In this document: positions 18,401 to 27,943 of the stretch, piece by piece
Layout: each line of letters begins with the position of its first letter
How positions within the stretch are numbered: position 1 is the stretch's first letter
Source: Candidatus Multivoradales bacterium
GTDB lineage: Bacteria > Acidobacteriota > Thermoanaerobaculia > Multivoradales > JAHEKO01
Length of the DNA stretch: 64,000 nt
Reading direction: 5' to 3'
NCBI GenBank assembly: GCA_965248055.1
Contig: CBDFIJ010000004.1
Span: 512,001 to 576,000, forward strand
Made by a program: the position numbers and the translations under genes
Notes under the pieces: model-generated
The model's database searches: none
What the model saw: the letters and a program-made list of their open reading frames with translations, nothing else
Told to the model about the DNA's origin: nothing

Positions 18401-20136
18401 TGGTGCCGATGTCTGCGGTATCGGAGCGCCAGCCGGTGCCTGACGCCCAAGCTGCACCCGAGCAGCCGACCGGGCCAGCGTCGATGCCGGGATCGGACCC
18501 TACCGGGGGGTACGATCTCTTCAGAGAGCAAAAGACCCCCGGTCTGTTGCGTCGGCTACTGACCACCCAGCGGCATTTTCTCGGTCTCTTGTTCGGCGGT
18601 ATCGTTGCTTACGCCCGGGACGCCGGCGTTGAGCGGCGCAACACCTTTCATCATCTGCTGCTGCGCGGCGTGGCTTTGCCCGCGGGGTGGCTAGTTGATA
18701 GCGAATTGCGCGCCGAGCCTTTTCCGGTACAACTGCGCAAGCGCCTCGAGCTTCTCGGCACCACCTACATCAAGCTCGGCCAGATCTTGAGTCTTCGACA
18801 GGATCTCCTACCGCCGGTCATCACCAACGAGTTGCAACAGCTCTTGGCTCGTCTCCCGGCACTGCCCTTTGACCGCTTCCTGGAACTAGTAACCGCTGAG
18901 ATCGGCAGGCCCACAGAGGACGTCTTCTCGTCGATTCACCCGGAGCCGCTGGGCTCGGCCTCGATCGGACAAATCCACCGGGCCACGACGATCGAGGGCG
19001 AAGAAGTTGTCCTCAAGCTGGTCAAACCCGGCATTAGAGAGACCTTACAGCGCGATGTCGTTCTGCTGCGCATCGTCGGTCAATTGCTGGAATGGATCGT
19101 TCCCCGGGTGCAACCCAAGAAGACGATCCGAGAATTCTGTGACTACACCCTGCGTGAGGTTGACTTGCGGCTGGAGGCAGACAACGCCGACACTTTCTCC
19201 GCCAACTTCAGCGATGAACCAGACATCGTGTTCCCCACTATTCGAAGGGATCTCTCGACCCGCAACCTGTTGATCCAAGAGTTCTTCAATGGCGTGACCC
19301 CTGGACCCGAGGCATCCTCGACATTGGACGAGGCGGAGCGCGCGCGGATGATCGACCTTGGCGCCAAGGCAATCGTGCGCATGCTCTACAAAGACGGCTT
19401 CTTTCACGCCGATTTGCACCCGGGCAATTTAATGATTCTGCCGGGTGGCCGGGTCGGATTCATCGACCTGGGCATGGTCGGTCGTTTCCACGAAGAAGTG
19501 CGGCGCGGGCTGCTCTACTACTACTACAGTCTGGTGATGGGAGACGCCGAAGGGGCCGCCCGTTACCTCACCGCAATGGCTGAAGTGGCTCCGCGCGGTG
19601 ACGCCCAGGCGTTTCGTCATGATGTCGAGGAAATTTGTCGACGCTGGCAGCGCGGCTCCTCTTTTGCAGACTTCTCGATCGGTCGACTGATCTTGGCCTG
19701 CGTCGCCCGAGGTGCTTGGCACCGGCTCTACTTTCCGGTCGAGATGGTGCTTATGGTCAAGGCTCTGGTCACCTTCGAAGGGGTCGGCAGGCAACTGGAC
19801 GAAGAGTTCGACGTGCGCTCGGTTTCCCAGCGACACATCAACCAAATCTTTATCCACCAGTTCAGTCCGATGCGGATCGCCCGGGAGGGATTGCGCGGTG
19901 CTCCTGAGTTGGTAGACGTTCTGGTCAAGAGCCCGATGCTGCTCACCGAGGGGATGCGATTTTTGGAGCAGGCGACTAGAAAACCCCCGGAGAACCCTCT
20001 GGCTGGTCTGCGCGGCACTATGTTTGCTGGCGCCTGTATCGTCTCCGGTGCAGTTCTCTTGGGGCTTTCTGGCCCGACTTGGCTGGGGATCGCATTTCTG
20101 GTCCTCGGCTTTCTCACCGCCCTCAAGCGGTCATGA
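18400..20136 (+). CDS. ABC1/UbiB/AarF-family atypical kinase
   Basis: LGTTYIKLGQILS.R.D, ASIGQIH, FFHADLHPGN and IDLGMVG motifs; C-terminal TM pair; ATG overlaps the hmgA stop. Confidence 0.9.
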   Translation: MVPMSAVSERQPVPDAQAAPEQPTGPASMPGSDPTGGYDLFREQKTPGLLRRLLTTQRHFLGLLFGGIVAYARDAGVERRNTFHHLLLRGVALPAGWLVDSELRAEPFPVQLRKRLELLGTTYIKLGQILSLRQDLLPPVITNELQQLLARLPALPFDRFLELVTAEIGRPTEDVFSSIHPEPLGSASIGQIHRATTIEGEEVVLKLVKPGIRETLQRDVVLLRIVGQLLEWIVPRVQPKKTIREFCDYTLREVDLRLEADNADTFSANFSDEPDIVFPTIRRDLSTRNLLIQEFFNGVTPGPEASSTLDEAERARMIDLGAKAIVRMLYKDGFFHADLHPGNLMILPGGRVGFIDLGMVGRFHEEVRRGLLYYYYSLVMGDAEGAARYLTAMAEVAPRGDAQAFRHDVEEICRRWQRGSSFADFSIGRLILACVARGAWHRLYFPVEMVLMVKALVTFEGVGRQLDEEFDVRSVSQRHINQIFIHQFSPMRIAREGLRGAPELVDVLVKSPMLLTEGMRFLEQATRKPPENPLAGLRGTMFAGACIVSGAVLLGLSGPTWLGIAFLVLGFLTALKRS

Positions 20137-21290
20137 CCGACACGGCCAAACCACCCTACGACCCGGTCGACATCGAATACTTTCGCGACCTATCGCACGA
20201 CATCTTCGGGCCATTGCTCGACAGCTACTTCCGTCCACGCTTGGTCGGTGCGGACCGCCTTCCAGAGAACGGTCCAGCCATCCTCGCCGCCAACCACAGT
20301 GGCACTGCGTTTCCTTGGGATGCGATGGTCTTTGATTATCTGATGTTTCGCCGCAATGGCCTACGCAAAGACAACCTAGTACGCCCGGTGTTTGAGAAAG
20401 AACTGGCCCAGGCTTGGTGGATGCGACCCTTCGGAATCGATGATTTCTGGCGTCGAGGCGGTGGGGTCGATATGACCTTCGACAATTTCGACCGTCTGCT
20501 CGAGCACCGCAAATCGGTACTTTATTTTCCCGAAGGGGTTCCTGGGATCGGCAAAGGGTTCCAACGTCGCTACCAACTCCAGCGCTATAGCTCCAGCTTT
20601 GTCCTACTCGCCGCCAAGCACGCAGCGCCGGTCTATCCGATCTACATCATCAACGCCGAGTGGGTGATCCCCTACAACTTCACCTGGAAGCCACTGGATC
20701 GCTTGGTGCAGCGCCTGGCGCGGGTTCCGTTCATGCCGCTTCCCGCCGGGCCTCTGGCGATGACCTTCCCGTGGATGTGGTATTTGGCCTTGCCAGCCCG
20801 CATGGTGTTCGTCGTCGGCGAAGGTTTCGACGTGCGACGAATCGCCCAGGAGTGTGGCTTCGATCCAGAGGACTTGGATCGCGATCGAGCGAGACAGGTC
20901 GCAGAAGAAATTCGGGTTCGCATGCAACGGCTGCTCGATCAAAAGGTTGATAAGTACGGTCGCGCCCCTTACCACTGGCGCTCGCTCAAAGAGACACTGC
21001 GTACCCAAGGTGGCAAGGCATTGATGCCCTGGCGCTGGCCCTGGTTGTTCGTGCGCCACAACCGTAACCGCCAGCGGCCGGCAGCACATAATTGGCTCCA
21101 CCGGTGGCTACGCGATTGGGATCTATTCGGCTATTACCTGCCCTTCGGTTGGCCGATCCTGGCGCTGGCTAGAAAGTTCCGCAAGCCTCCGTGCGGCTAC
21201 CGTGGCCTGACCCAAGATCAGCGGCGCGAACGCGAAGGAACCTTTCTGTGGAAGTTATCCGATCGACCCTTGCCCAAATCTGAAGCGTAG
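20133..21290 (+). CDS. PlsC/DGAT-like acyltransferase
   Basis: ANHSG..FPWD (HX-D type) and FPEGVPG motifs; ATGA overlap with the kinase. Confidence 0.85.
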   Translation: MTDTAKPPYDPVDIEYFRDLSHDIFGPLLDSYFRPRLVGADRLPENGPAILAANHSGTAFPWDAMVFDYLMFRRNGLRKDNLVRPVFEKELAQAWWMRPFGIDDFWRRGGGVDMTFDNFDRLLEHRKSVLYFPEGVPGIGKGFQRRYQLQRYSSSFVLLAAKHAAPVYPIYIINAEWVIPYNFTWKPLDRLVQRLARVPFMPLPAGPLAMTFPWMWYLALPARMVFVVGEGFDVRRIAQECGFDPEDLDRDRARQVAEEIRVRMQRLLDQKVDKYGRAPYHWRSLKETLRTQGGKALMPWRWPWLFVRHNRNRQRPAAHNWLHRWLRDWDLFGYYLPFGWPILALARKFRKPPCGYRGLTQDQRREREGTFLWKLSDRPLPKSEA

Positions 21291-21373
21291 CTTTGTACGC
21301 CGATTGAGAGTGGCGCCGCACAGAACGCTTCAGTCGTTCGAGGGTGGATCCACCCAAGACTGAATTGCCGACA

Positions 21374-21678
21374 GATCCCGGCCCCCCGAAACCACCCCCG
21401 CCGGGATGACCAAAGGGGGGCGTGCCCGCCGGGGCAACGGAAAGGAGGGGGCGTTGGTTAAATCTCTGTCTGTTCTCGGTCATTCCCGCTCTGGGAGGGA
21501 GTGGGGCGAGCCAGTTCTTGTCATCCTGAGCGGAGGCCGCAGGCCGGAGTCGAAGAATCTCAATGGCCCGAACCTGTCCAATGCAGGAAAGACAGCAGAT
21601 CGCTCCCGGCTTTCAAAGTCACTTCTGCCGGGATGATGCAGGAGAGGGCGCAACGGGGGCATACCCGCCGGAATGACA
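21374..21678. repeat. Cluster of CGTC/GTCATYC-type REP-like palindromes
   Basis: Units at 21374-21410 (-), 21479 GTCATTCCCGC, 21520-21561 GTCATCCTGAGCGGAG..GAAGAATCTC, ~21598-21637 (-) and ~21666-21678 (-), in the gap between convergent genes. Confidence 0.6.
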
Positions 21679-21687
21679 ACTTCACAG

Positions 21688-22926
21688 TCAGTTATCGATC
21701 AACGCGTCAACTCGATCCAGGGCACTGCTGAGATCACCCAGGACGCGACTGGGTTTGGGGTGCCGCTGATCGGCATCGGTTTCGAGTTCTTGCAAGTCGG
21801 GCTTGTCCCATAGGCCATCGGTAGATGCCAATGCCTCCTGGGAGAGATGCGCGCCATGTTCGGCCAAGATCGGCGCCAGTTCTTCACTGCGATCGTGCAG
21901 TTCGGCCCGGGTGCGCCGGTAGGCGTGGTCCGCCAGGCTCCGGCGTGAGGAAAAGCTGAAGATATTGGTGAAAAACATCCGGTAGTCATCGCGCTTGGGT
22001 TCCAGCAGCACCACATCGGCGCCGCCAAAGCGATTTTGGTAGGTCGCCATGCCCACTTCCAGGCGCGAGTGGATCAAGGTGCGGAAGGTCTGCGCCATCA
22101 CCGTCGGCAGCCCGCGATCCACCAGCTTGCCGCGCTTCATGATCCCTTCGGCTACGGCTCTCGAGGTGTCGACTGGCACGATTGGATTGAGACACAGCAG
22201 CAGATTGGCCCCCTCTTCCAAGGCCACCGAGGCGTGCAAGGTCTTGAGTAGAACACCGTCCACGTAGTGTCGATGGTCGATCTCAACCGGAGGATAGAGA
22301 CCCGGGAGCGCACTCGACGCCTGCACCGCGATCGAGATCGGCACGTGGTCCCAATCTCTACTCCCAAACTGCACCGCCGTCCCAGAATCCAGATCGGCGG
22401 CAATGACAAAGAGCTTGCTCTTGAGGGCGCGAAAGTCGTTGGTGCGCCCTTTCATCGAGTAGATCCGTTCCAAGTAGTTGCGAATCGGTCGGTTGTCGAA
22501 AAATCCCACCGGCAACGCTCGCCCCAGTCGGGTTAGCGACTCGAGCAGGGACTCATCAGCGGGATCGGTGAGGTAAGCACGCACTGCGTCGAGCAATAGG
22601 CTGGGGGTACGCAGGCCACCTTGCAGCCACTGACGCGTGGCCGGAGTCAGAAATGTGGTGGGAACGAAAGGATGTTCGCCCGGATCGCTCTTGACGATCG
22701 CCCGGCACATCTGCGCTGGCGTCAAACCATTAGCGAGGTTGGCGCTTAAGAACGCACCGGCACTGACACCAACATAGATGTCCAACGCATTGAGGTCGAG
22801 GTCGGGGATCGCCTCGCTCACCGCATAGAGCGCACCGATCTCGTAAACCGCCCCTTCAGGGCCACCTCCGGCAAGCGCAAGGCCGATCCGGGACTTCCCC
22901 GACCGGCCGTCAGTTCGCGACACCAA
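21688..22926 (-). CDS. Patatin-like phospholipase/esterase
   Basis: LALAGGG oxyanion loop, GVSAG nucleophile and YVDG catalytic Asp. Confidence 0.92.
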   Translation of the reverse strand: MVSRTDGRSGKSRIGLALAGGGPEGAVYEIGALYAVSEAIPDLDLNALDIYVGVSAGAFLSANLANGLTPAQMCRAIVKSDPGEHPFVPTTFLTPATRQWLQGGLRTPSLLLDAVRAYLTDPADESLLESLTRLGRALPVGFFDNRPIRNYLERIYSMKGRTNDFRALKSKLFVIAADLDSGTAVQFGSRDWDHVPISIAVQASSALPGLYPPVEIDHRHYVDGVLLKTLHASVALEEGANLLLCLNPIVPVDTSRAVAEGIMKRGKLVDRGLPTVMAQTFRTLIHSRLEVGMATYQNRFGGADVVLLEPKRDDYRMFFTNIFSFSSRRSLADHAYRRTRAELHDRSEELAPILAEHGAHLSQEALASTDGLWDKPDLQELETDADQRHPKPSRVLGDLSSALDRVDALIDN

Positions 22927-22932
22927 GCAGAC

Positions 22933-23337
22933 CTAGGCGGTCTTGCGGGTCGCTCTCTTCTTGGCAGTTTTTCGGGCAGGTTTCTTCTCAACCGCATTCA
23001 GCTTGTCGGTCAGCTCTTCGACCCGTGCCACCAGATTTTGAATCTCGCTGCGGCTGGGCAGGCCCAACTTGTCAAGTGCTTTGCCAACCTTCTGGTCCAC
23101 GGTGCTCTCGACCTTGTCCCACTGGTTGCCCAGGGCGTCGATGGCGTCGCCGGCCTTCTCTTTGACCATTTTGAGATCGCCCTTGCGACGACCCTCAAAC
23201 TTCTCGCCCTTGTGCACTAAGTTGGTGAACAGCTTGCTGCCCTCTTCCTCGGTAACCGCCAGCGCGCCCAAGCCCGCTAGCCAAATCTTGTGCGCTGATT
23301 CTTTGATGTCGGTGGTGATGTTCTTCTTCTTTGCCAT
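22933..23337 (-). CDS. Phasin / PHA granule-associated protein (PhaF/PhaI-like) with basic tail
   Basis: SAHKIWLAGLGA..EEGSKLF..LV.KGE and LGLPSRSEI..L..RVEEL; KKPARKTAKK tail; GGAGG before ATG 23337. Confidence 0.88.
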   Translation of the reverse strand: MAKKKNITTDIKESAHKIWLAGLGALAVTEEEGSKLFTNLVHKGEKFEGRRKGDLKMVKEKAGDAIDALGNQWDKVESTVDQKVGKALDKLGLPSRSEIQNLVARVEELTDKLNAVEKKPARKTAKKRATRKTA

Positions 23338-23368
23338 GGTCGTGTCCTCCGTATGGACGTTTTTGTAA

Positions 23369-23854
23369 CTAACTCTTAGCGTCCGCAGCTTCACCCAGGG
23401 TCGCCTTTCGGGATGTTCTTTTCTTGGTTACCGGTTTTGTCAGCGACTGGATTGAATCTTCCAATTCACTCAGGCGTTGACGTAGCTCCTGCATTTCTTC
23501 ACGTGCACGTCGCACCGGTGCCACCTTGTCGAACGAAGCGTTAACCAAGCGATCGACGCCAGCCTGCACCTGCTCCACACCGCTGTGCAATACATGCTCT
23601 CCGCGGCGCACTAGATCGTGCAGCAGACTTGAGGGCAAAGGCTTACCGTTGCGCCCTTCCTCCAGAATGATCTGGGTCAAAGTCTGAGCGGTAACATCTG
23701 CTCCCGAGCGCTTGTCGACAACTTGAATCTCCTGACCCTCGCGAATCCAATCCGCCAACTCTTCTAGTAGCACGTAACGACTCTCGTCGGTGTCGTAGAG
23801 CTTGCGACTGGAATAGCGAGTGATGTTCTTGGTGGTTGTCGTTGTTTTGGACAT
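23369..23854 (-). CDS. phaR: PhaR-like PHA synthesis regulator
   Basis: ITRYSSRKLYDTDESRYVLLEEL..I..G..IQVVD..SG.DVT..TL.QII DNA-binding domain. Confidence 0.88.
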   Translation of the reverse strand: MSKTTTTTKNITRYSSRKLYDTDESRYVLLEELADWIREGQEIQVVDKRSGADVTAQTLTQIILEEGRNGKPLPSSLLHDLVRRGEHVLHSGVEQVQAGVDRLVNASFDKVAPVRRAREEMQELRQRLSELEDSIQSLTKPVTKKRTSRKATLGEAADAKS

Positions 23855-23911
23855 AATACGTTCCGTTCCCCGATTTGACTGGCTGTCTTTGGCAGCGTCT
23901 AATCGACCGGA

Positions 23912-23958
23912 ATGCCGCTATGCGGCATAGTCAAAGACAAATATACCGCGCTGCGGCA
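23912..23958. promoter_or_regulatory. Two palindromic putative PhaR operators
   Basis: ATGCCGC-TAT-GCGGCAT at 23912-23928 and TACCGC-GCT-GCGGCA at 23944-23958. Confidence 0.6.
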
Positions 23959-23967
23959 AAATGTCAA
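23940..23967 (-). promoter_or_regulatory. Sigma70 promoter of phaR
   Basis: Minus strand TTGACA-N16-TATATT, with the second operator inside the spacer. Confidence 0.6.
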
Positions 23968-24106
23968 CCTAAACCAACTCCAACCCTTCAGAAGCCATAA
24001 CAAAGGATTGTTTTCTCCTTGCCATCTTGAGCTATAATCTGCTCATCGCAGACGGCCGGATGGGTGGTTCTGCAACTTAAGGACGGACTAAGGGAGAACG
24101 AATGGA

Positions 24107-24361
24107 ATGACCCATATCATCGCTGAGCCTTGTGTAGATGTGAAAGACACGGCGTGCGTCGATGTCTGCCCCGTGGATTGCATTTACGGAACGGATGAGG
24201 ACTGGGAGATGCTTTATATCCACCCTGAGGAGTGCATCGATTGCGGCCTGTGTATCGACGCTTGCCCGGTGGAGGCGATCTTCACGGAAGAAGATGTCCC
24301 AGAAAAATGGCATGCATTTATCGCCAAGAACTACGAACATTTCGGCATCGACGCTCCCTAG
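24107..24361 (+). CDS. Dicluster (7Fe-type, FdxA-like) ferredoxin
   Basis: CVDVKDTACVDVCPVDC and CIDCGLCIDACP; upstream TATAAT at 24033. Confidence 0.93.
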   Translation: MTHIIAEPCVDVKDTACVDVCPVDCIYGTDEDWEMLYIHPEECIDCGLCIDACPVEAIFTEEDVPEKWHAFIAKNYEHFGIDAP

Positions 24362-24389
24362 GTAGCACTGATCTAGGTAGCACTGATCT
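24358..24389. repeat. 15-bp direct duplication at the ferredoxin stop
   Basis: CTAGGTAGCACTGAT x2. Confidence 0.85.
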
Positions 24390-24395
24390 CAGTTG

Positions 24396-24438
24396 AAAAA
24401 AGAAAGGGGGGGCCGGGTGGCACGCCCTTTCTTTTTTT
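24396..24438. terminator. Bidirectional intrinsic terminator
   Basis: AAAAAAGAAAGGG...CCCTTTCTTTTTT between the convergent fdx and mltF. Confidence 0.75.
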
Positions 24439-24490
24439 GTGGGAAACAACTCCGACCCATGAGCTTCTCCTGGACCAAGATTCCACTGGC

Positions 24491-26110
24491 TTATTCGGCG
24501 TCGGTGGAATTGACGGGGTTGGGATCGTCAGGGGCCGACTCGGCAGATGCGGAAACTTCTGGGGGGACAACCTTGCTCACGGTCTCCTCTATCGTTGCCT
24601 TAACGCCTGGGTTCTCATCTCCCGTTGTTTCCGTTCTTTCACTCTCAGCGTCCTCAGGAACTTCTGGTTCAGGAGGTCTCTGGGCAACGATCTCCTGCAG
24701 CAAGCGGTGAAAACTCCTGACCCGTTTGACATAAATCACCGGTTCGCCGCCCCGGGCGTAGCCGTAGCGCAATTCTTGGTAGTAACGCGGCTGAGAGAGC
24801 AACGGCAACACCGACTCAACCCCAGGCCAGGTGTTGGGGTTGTGCCCGAGTTCTACCGCCAAGCGCCGCGCATCTTGCAAATGGCCCAGGCCAACGTTGT
24901 AAGACGCCAGCCCCATGCGCAGGCGGTCTTCTCCTCGAATGAACCTCGGAATTCCACCCAGTTGACGGCGCAGATAGCGCGCTCCACCGAGGATCGATGC
25001 ATCGGGGTCAGAGCGATCCTCAATCTGTAAATCGCTCGCTGCGGCTTTGGTCAACATCATCAACCCAACCACTCCGGTGGGACTCACTGCTTCCGGCTGC
25101 CATTGCGATTCTTGGTATCCGACTGCGGCCAACAAGGTCCAATCAAGGCCGGTCTCTTCTTCCGCTCGGCGAAATGTGGGCTCATATCTTGGCAGGCGGC
25201 TGTCGACTCGTTCTCGAAACACTTGCACGTCGTAGGAGGAAAAAGGATTTTCAGCACTGTAGTACTTGTTGAGTAACGCGTCGAGGCGTTGTGACTCCGC
25301 CATCTCAGAGAACCAAGTCTCCATCAATGGTGCCAGGTCCTCAGCCTGCGGCGCGATGAACCATCCCAATTCGACTCCGGAGCCAATGGCAAACGGAGAT
25401 TTCAACCTCGGCAGGGTGCGCCGACCCAAAGCCAAGATCGTCGAGTCGGCGACCGTACACTGCAGTTCGCCCTCTGAAACACGCTCCAAGAGCTGCTCAT
25501 TCGACAGCGCGTTGGTGGTGCGCCAGCGCAGACCCGGTAGCTCGGTCTTGAGCGTCTGCAAGGTCTCCTGGTAGCTCGAATCGCCGATAATGCGTAGCTT
25601 CGCTTGCTGCAGATCTGCGACCTCCTTGACCCTGGCTCCAGGACCGCAAACCACCCTCTCCTCAACCGTTTGGTAGGTCGGGCCGACGAGAAAATCATCT
25701 TGACGTTCAGCGGTTTTGGATAGCCCAGCAGCGGCGAAATCGACTTCTCCACTGGCAACCGCTTCGAGAATCTCACCGATCTCGTGTTTGACCACCAGCC
25801 GCAAGTTCCAGCCGTTGGCCTCAGCAAAGGCCAGAGCTAGATCGTACTCGAACCCAGCCGCTTGGTCGTCACGATCGAAGTAGTAGGTGGTGGGCGCATT
25901 GCGTGTCGCCACTACCACTTCATTGCGAACCCCGGAAACAGAGGGTTCGCCACCCCATGGACACGCCGCCAAGACTCCCGAGCACAAGGCAACGAGGGCC
26001 AACCTTAGTCGTGCCTTCCAGGTACGATTCTTTGAAGTACTGGCCTTTAAGGTGCAAGTCTTCAAGGCACTGGTTCGTAGGATCGCGGTTCTCAAGATAC
26101 TGGTTCTCAA
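24491..26110 (-). CDS. mltF: Membrane-bound lytic murein transglycosylase F
   Basis: SBP_bac_3-like domain (GFEYDLA..FA) plus SLT domain (AVGYQESQW, GLMML, ASYNVG, GYARGGEPVIYV); start uncertain because the 5' end is made of repeats. Confidence 0.9.
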   Translation of the reverse strand: MRTSILRTAILRTSALKTCTLKASTSKNRTWKARLRLALVALCSGVLAACPWGGEPSVSGVRNEVVVATRNAPTTYYFDRDDQAAGFEYDLALAFAEANGWNLRLVVKHEIGEILEAVASGEVDFAAAGLSKTAERQDDFLVGPTYQTVEERVVCGPGARVKEVADLQQAKLRIIGDSSYQETLQTLKTELPGLRWRTTNALSNEQLLERVSEGELQCTVADSTILALGRRTLPRLKSPFAIGSGVELGWFIAPQAEDLAPLMETWFSEMAESQRLDALLNKYYSAENPFSSYDVQVFRERVDSRLPRYEPTFRRAEEETGLDWTLLAAVGYQESQWQPEAVSPTGVVGLMMLTKAAASDLQIEDRSDPDASILGGARYLRRQLGGIPRFIRGEDRLRMGLASYNVGLGHLQDARRLAVELGHNPNTWPGVESVLPLLSQPRYYQELRYGYARGGEPVIYVKRVRSFHRLLQEIVAQRPPEPEVPEDAESERTETTGDENPGVKATIEETVSKVVPPEVSASAESAPDDPNPVNSTDAE

Positions 26111-26195
26111 GGTCTAGTTCTCAAGGTACTGGCTCTCAGAGAACTGGCTCTCAAAGAATAAGCCTCCAAGAACCGGTTCTCAAAGAACTGACCTC
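26017..26195. repeat. About 12 degenerate 14-15-bp tandem units, consensus TCAAGGTACTGGTTC
   Basis: Example units tcaaggcactggttc, tcaagatactggttc, tcaaggtactggctc and tcagagaactggctc, overlapping the mltF 5' end and upstream region. Confidence 0.8.
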
Positions 26196-26308
26196 GAACA
26201 ACCTCGCGATCCTACCCGACAGAGCCCGGACAGACCTCCGGCCCTATCTGCCAACGTAGCTGAGACACTTGGCCCCCTGATAATTAGAGGGCGGAAGGAG
26301 GTTTCAGT

Positions 26309-26788
26309 ATGTTTCAGAATCAGCCCATATTTCCCGTCTCGCCGAAGGCGACCGAGGAGCGTAGCGACGAGAGAGCCGGAGGGGAGACGGTGCATTTGTC
26401 CTCGACCCCCGAATCGGTACCCGACCCTGAGATCGAGGCTCGACCCGCCAGACGGCGGTTTACGGCAAAGTACAAGCTGGCGATCTTGGAGCAGGCCGAC
26501 GCTTGCTCCAGCCGAGAGGAGGTCGGGTCCCTGTTGCGCCGGGAGGGTCTCTACTCATCTCATCTATCTAACTGGCGCCTAGCTCGGCGACGGGGATCGC
26601 TTGCCGCGCTAGGCAAGAGGCGCGGACGCAAACCCAAAAGGCACCCGTTGGAAAGCAAGGTTGCTCGACTAGAGCGGGAGAAGACTCGGCTTGAGAACGA
26701 ATTGCACAGGGCACAGCTGATCATCGATGTGCAAAGAAAAGTAGCCGGGCTGCTGGGTATCCCCTCAGAGGGCGAGAAGAACTCGTGA
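26309..26788 (+). CDS. IS3-family transposase OrfA
   Basis: RRRFTAKYKLAILEQADAC..LLRREGLYSSHLSNWR HTH plus coiled coil. Confidence 0.85.
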   Translation: MFQNQPIFPVSPKATEERSDERAGGETVHLSSTPESVPDPEIEARPARRRFTAKYKLAILEQADACSSREEVGSLLRREGLYSSHLSNWRLARRRGSLAALGKRRGRKPKRHPLESKVARLEREKTRLENELHRAQLIIDVQRKVAGLLGIPSEGEKNS

Positions 26789-27082
26789 AAGCGGCCAGGA
26801 CGCTGGCTCCGTGGGTCGGTATCGCACCGGCCTGCCGGAGCCTGAGCGTCAGTCGTGCAACGTTCTATCGTCGGCTTCGGCCGAGATCAACCGAGCCTCA
26901 GCAGCCTCGACCGACTCCAGCTCGGGCACTGACAGTCAGCGAAAAACAACAGGTCCTTGACCTACTCAACGGGCCGCGCTTTGTCGACGCTGCACCGGCG
27001 GCCGTGGTGGCCACCCTTCTCGACGAAGAACGCTATCTGTGCTCGGAGCGCACCATGTACCGACTCCTGGCAGCTGAGAAGA
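26785..27082 (+). pseudogene. IS3-family OrfB, truncated
   Basis: ACRSLSVSRATFYR and ATLLDEERYLCSERTMYRLL; no DDE domain. Confidence 0.85.
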
Positions 27083-27144
27083 GGATGTGTCCCGAATCTT
27101 GTGGAAATTGGTATTTGGCGTAGCGTCTCCCGCGGTCAGGTTTA
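27083..27144 (-). mobile_element. Isolated right end of the same IS256
   Basis: Reverse complement of 8263-8324 with one mismatch. Confidence 0.92.
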
Positions 27145-27943
27145 GGGCGTGTTCACACTAGTTGATGTATACTCGGTGGATGGAAATAACAATAGAACAA
27201 TTTGCCCGAATCGAGCCTTTCCTTCCACGACAGCGTGGCAATGTATCGATAGATAACCTCCAGGTGCTCAACGCGATACTTTACGTTGCAGAACATGGCT
27301 GTAAGTGGCGCGGGCTGCCGAAGCGTTTTGGTAATTGGCATACCGTCTATACGCGTATGAACCGTTGGGCAAAGAAAGGCGTGCTGGATCGAGTGTTTAG
27401 TGAACTGCAACGCCAGCAAGTCATTCAGGTCCGTGTTGAGGCGGTTTCACTCGATAGCACAGCGGTTAAGGTACACCCTGATGGAACGGGCGCTCTAAAA
27501 AAAACGGTCCACAGGCGATCGGCAAGTCGCGGGGAGGATGGACTACAAAGATTCATATGGTTGCCGCAGATGCTCGGACCGCAGTGAATTTTTCTCTGTC
27601 TCCTGGCAATGCTGCTGACGCGCCAGAGGGTCGTAAACTATTGAGAGAAACAACCCTATCGGCCAAATACATGATTATGGACCGAGCGTATGAAGGTAAT
27701 GAAACACGCCAACTCGTGCTCGATCTTGGTCTTACACCTGTTGTGGCGCCGAAAAGCAATCGATTACAACCTTGGCTATACGACCGAGAAATGTACAAGA
27801 AGCGCAATGAAGTCGAGCGCTTGTTTCGTCGCTTGAAGGGGTTTCGTCGGATATTCTCACGCTTCGACAAATTGGACATAATCTTCACATTCTTCATACA
27901 CTTCGCACTCATTGTCGATGCTATATTTAGCGTTAACGCGCCC
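27145..27943 (+). mobile_element. IS5-family (IS427-like) element, about 800 bp, TA-flanked
   Basis: TIRs GGGCGTGTTCACACTA and TAGCGTTAACGCGCCC with TA on each side; lower GC than the flanks. Confidence 0.9.

Larger units (their letters stand above)
26249..27082 (+). mobile_element. Truncated IS3-family element
   Basis: Probable left end TGCCAACGTAGCTGAGACAC; orfA and orfB overlap; orfB is cut by an IS256 end before the integrase core. Confidence 0.8.

Noticed and set aside
26017-26195. Short-repeat array as a possible CRISPR or iteron origin
   Set aside because: Units are contiguous, degenerate and spacer-less, and no rep or cas gene is nearby.
27497-27504. A8 tract as a pseudogenising frameshift
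   Set aside because: It matches the programmed -1 frameshift typical of two-ORF IS5/IS427 transposases.
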